Shown here: piece by piece, positions 31,292-32,000 of the stretch
Layout: each line of letters starts with the position of its first letter
How positions within the stretch are numbered: the first letter of the stretch is position 1
NCBI RefSeq assembly: GCF_000007185.1
Contig: NC_003551.1
Coordinates: forward strand, 1,530,001-1,562,000
Source: Methanopyrus kandleri AV19
GTDB taxonomy: Archaea > JAADCQ01 > Methanopyri > Methanopyrales > Methanopyraceae
Reading direction: 5' to 3'
DNA length: 32,000 nt
Notes under the pieces: model-generated
Databases searched by the model: none
What the model was told of the DNA's origin: nothing
The model's input: the letters and a program-made list of their open reading frames with translations, nothing else
Made by a program: the position numbers and the translations under genes

Positions 31292-32000
31292 TCACTCTAC
31301 TTTCACGACTTCACGGTTGATCAGCTCGACGAACCGCGCCGCTACGAACCCCGTCACACACGCTGCGATCACCACGCCCAGGAACCCAGTACCGAGGTAC
31401 GGCAAGAGTAACGAGGACACCAGGCCCGCCAAAACGAGGAGAGTCAGAGAAACGGCCACGGGTACCGTGACTCTCCTCGGGTGATCGAGCGCGTCGTCGG
31501 CCAGTCCCAGGAGGCCGACACGCCACGGCAGCAGGCATCCGGCGGCCCCTGAAACCGCGATGGCTGGAGGAAGGAGTTTCACGACACGCTTGGGATACGC
31601 GAGCGCTTCTATTCCGAGCAGAACCACCGAAGCCGCTCCGCAGAGCGCACACAACGTCGTTACTCTACGGATCACCTCGGGCTCCGGTCGAACGTCGTCT
31701 ATGGTGGTCACACGTAGGGCCCCTCTTAGTGCCCAGTTGAGCTTGTGGCGGACCTTCGGGTCCTCGACGTCCTCCACGATCCTGTCGATGAGGTTCCGCT
31801 CCATGTCCTTCGCCACACTCTCGTCCCCTCGAATCAGTATCCACAACCTGTTGATACGACGGAAGATCCCTACGGAGCGCCTGTAACCGTACGCTCGGAT
31901 CTCTTTCACCTCAGCGTCCTCCGGTACGGCCGCGCTCAGCTCTTCCTCCAACCTGCCGAGCTCGGGCCCGTGCTCCGACAGTTCGGTCTTGATCGCTCGC
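31292..32000 (-). CDS. Hypothetical membrane protein, 5' end outside the window
   Basis: ORF 31292..31951 stays open in the same frame to the window edge (..RAIKTELSEHGPELGRLEEELSAAV..). A soluble charged N-terminal part is followed by about 4 hydrophobic helices (LCALCGAASVVLLGI, VSGAAGCLLPW, VAVSLTLLVLAGLVSSLLL, GVVIAACVTGFVAA). Confidence 0.55.
   Translation of the reverse strand, partial: RAIKTELSEHGPELGRLEEELSAAVPEDAEVKEIRAYGYRRSVGIFRRINRLWILIRGDESVAKDMERNLIDRIVEDVEDPKVRHKLNWALRGALRVTTIDDVRPEPEVIRRVTTLCALCGAASVVLLGIEALAYPKRVVKLLPPAIAVSGAAGCLLPWRVGLLGLADDALDHPRRVTVPVAVSLTLLVLAGLVSSLLLPYLGTGFLGVVIAACVTGFVAARFVELINREVVKVE

Noticed and set aside
1-32000. Looked for CRISPR repeats, IS or transposase genes, integrases next to the tRNAs, toxin-antitoxin pairs and classical defence genes
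   Set aside because: No regularly spaced direct repeats were found. There are no transposase or integrase-like ORFs and no att-like duplication of tRNA 3' ends. The only PIN domain is fused to the conserved PilT/KH ATPase rather than forming a VapBC pair.

Overview
High-GC archaeal chromosome segment. It is almost certainly from a hyperthermophilic methanogen and best fits Methanopyrus kandleri; this is an inference from acidic proteins, tungsten-type formylmethanofuran dehydrogenase genes with an in-frame selenocysteine codon, and tRNA genes with C at position 8 and encoded CCA. The window is densely coding, with about 31 protein genes and 2 tRNAs. In order: (i) cbiB (partial), dph2 and a divergent cobE-like gene, a lone POR-gamma-like gene, two small ORFs and an orphan C5 cytosine methyltransferase. 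(ii) A co-oriented Mo/W block (3710-12695): modABC-like transporter, moeA, fwdG-fwdD-fwdB(Sec)-SECIS, a zinc-ribbon ORF, fwdA, fwdC and a 99-aa ORF. (iii) Three adjacent apparently extracytoplasmic proteins (12781-21530): a repeat/coiled-coil surface protein, a secreted prenyltransferase-like toroid-repeat protein, and a 1771-aa membrane-anchored CobN-like protein. (iv) A minus-strand block: lysC, tRNA-Ser(GGA), PIN-PilT-KH ATPase, hisI, hisS, a NOL1/NOP2/Sun RNA m5C methyltransferase, moaA and a K/E-tailed membrane protein. (v) tRNA-Tyr(GUA), an MBL-fold hydrolase and a partial membrane protein. The points most worth a second look are the exported CobN-like cluster, an interrupted palindrome TCGTTA-N9-TAACGAA present three times (twice exactly 9 nt after a tRNA CCA end), the Sec-decoded fwdB with an intercistronic SECIS, and a zinc-ribbon ORF inside the fwd operon. 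No CRISPR array, IS element, integrase or prophage signal was seen. Many long ORFs in the six-frame track are antisense shadows typical of GC-rich DNA and were not called.
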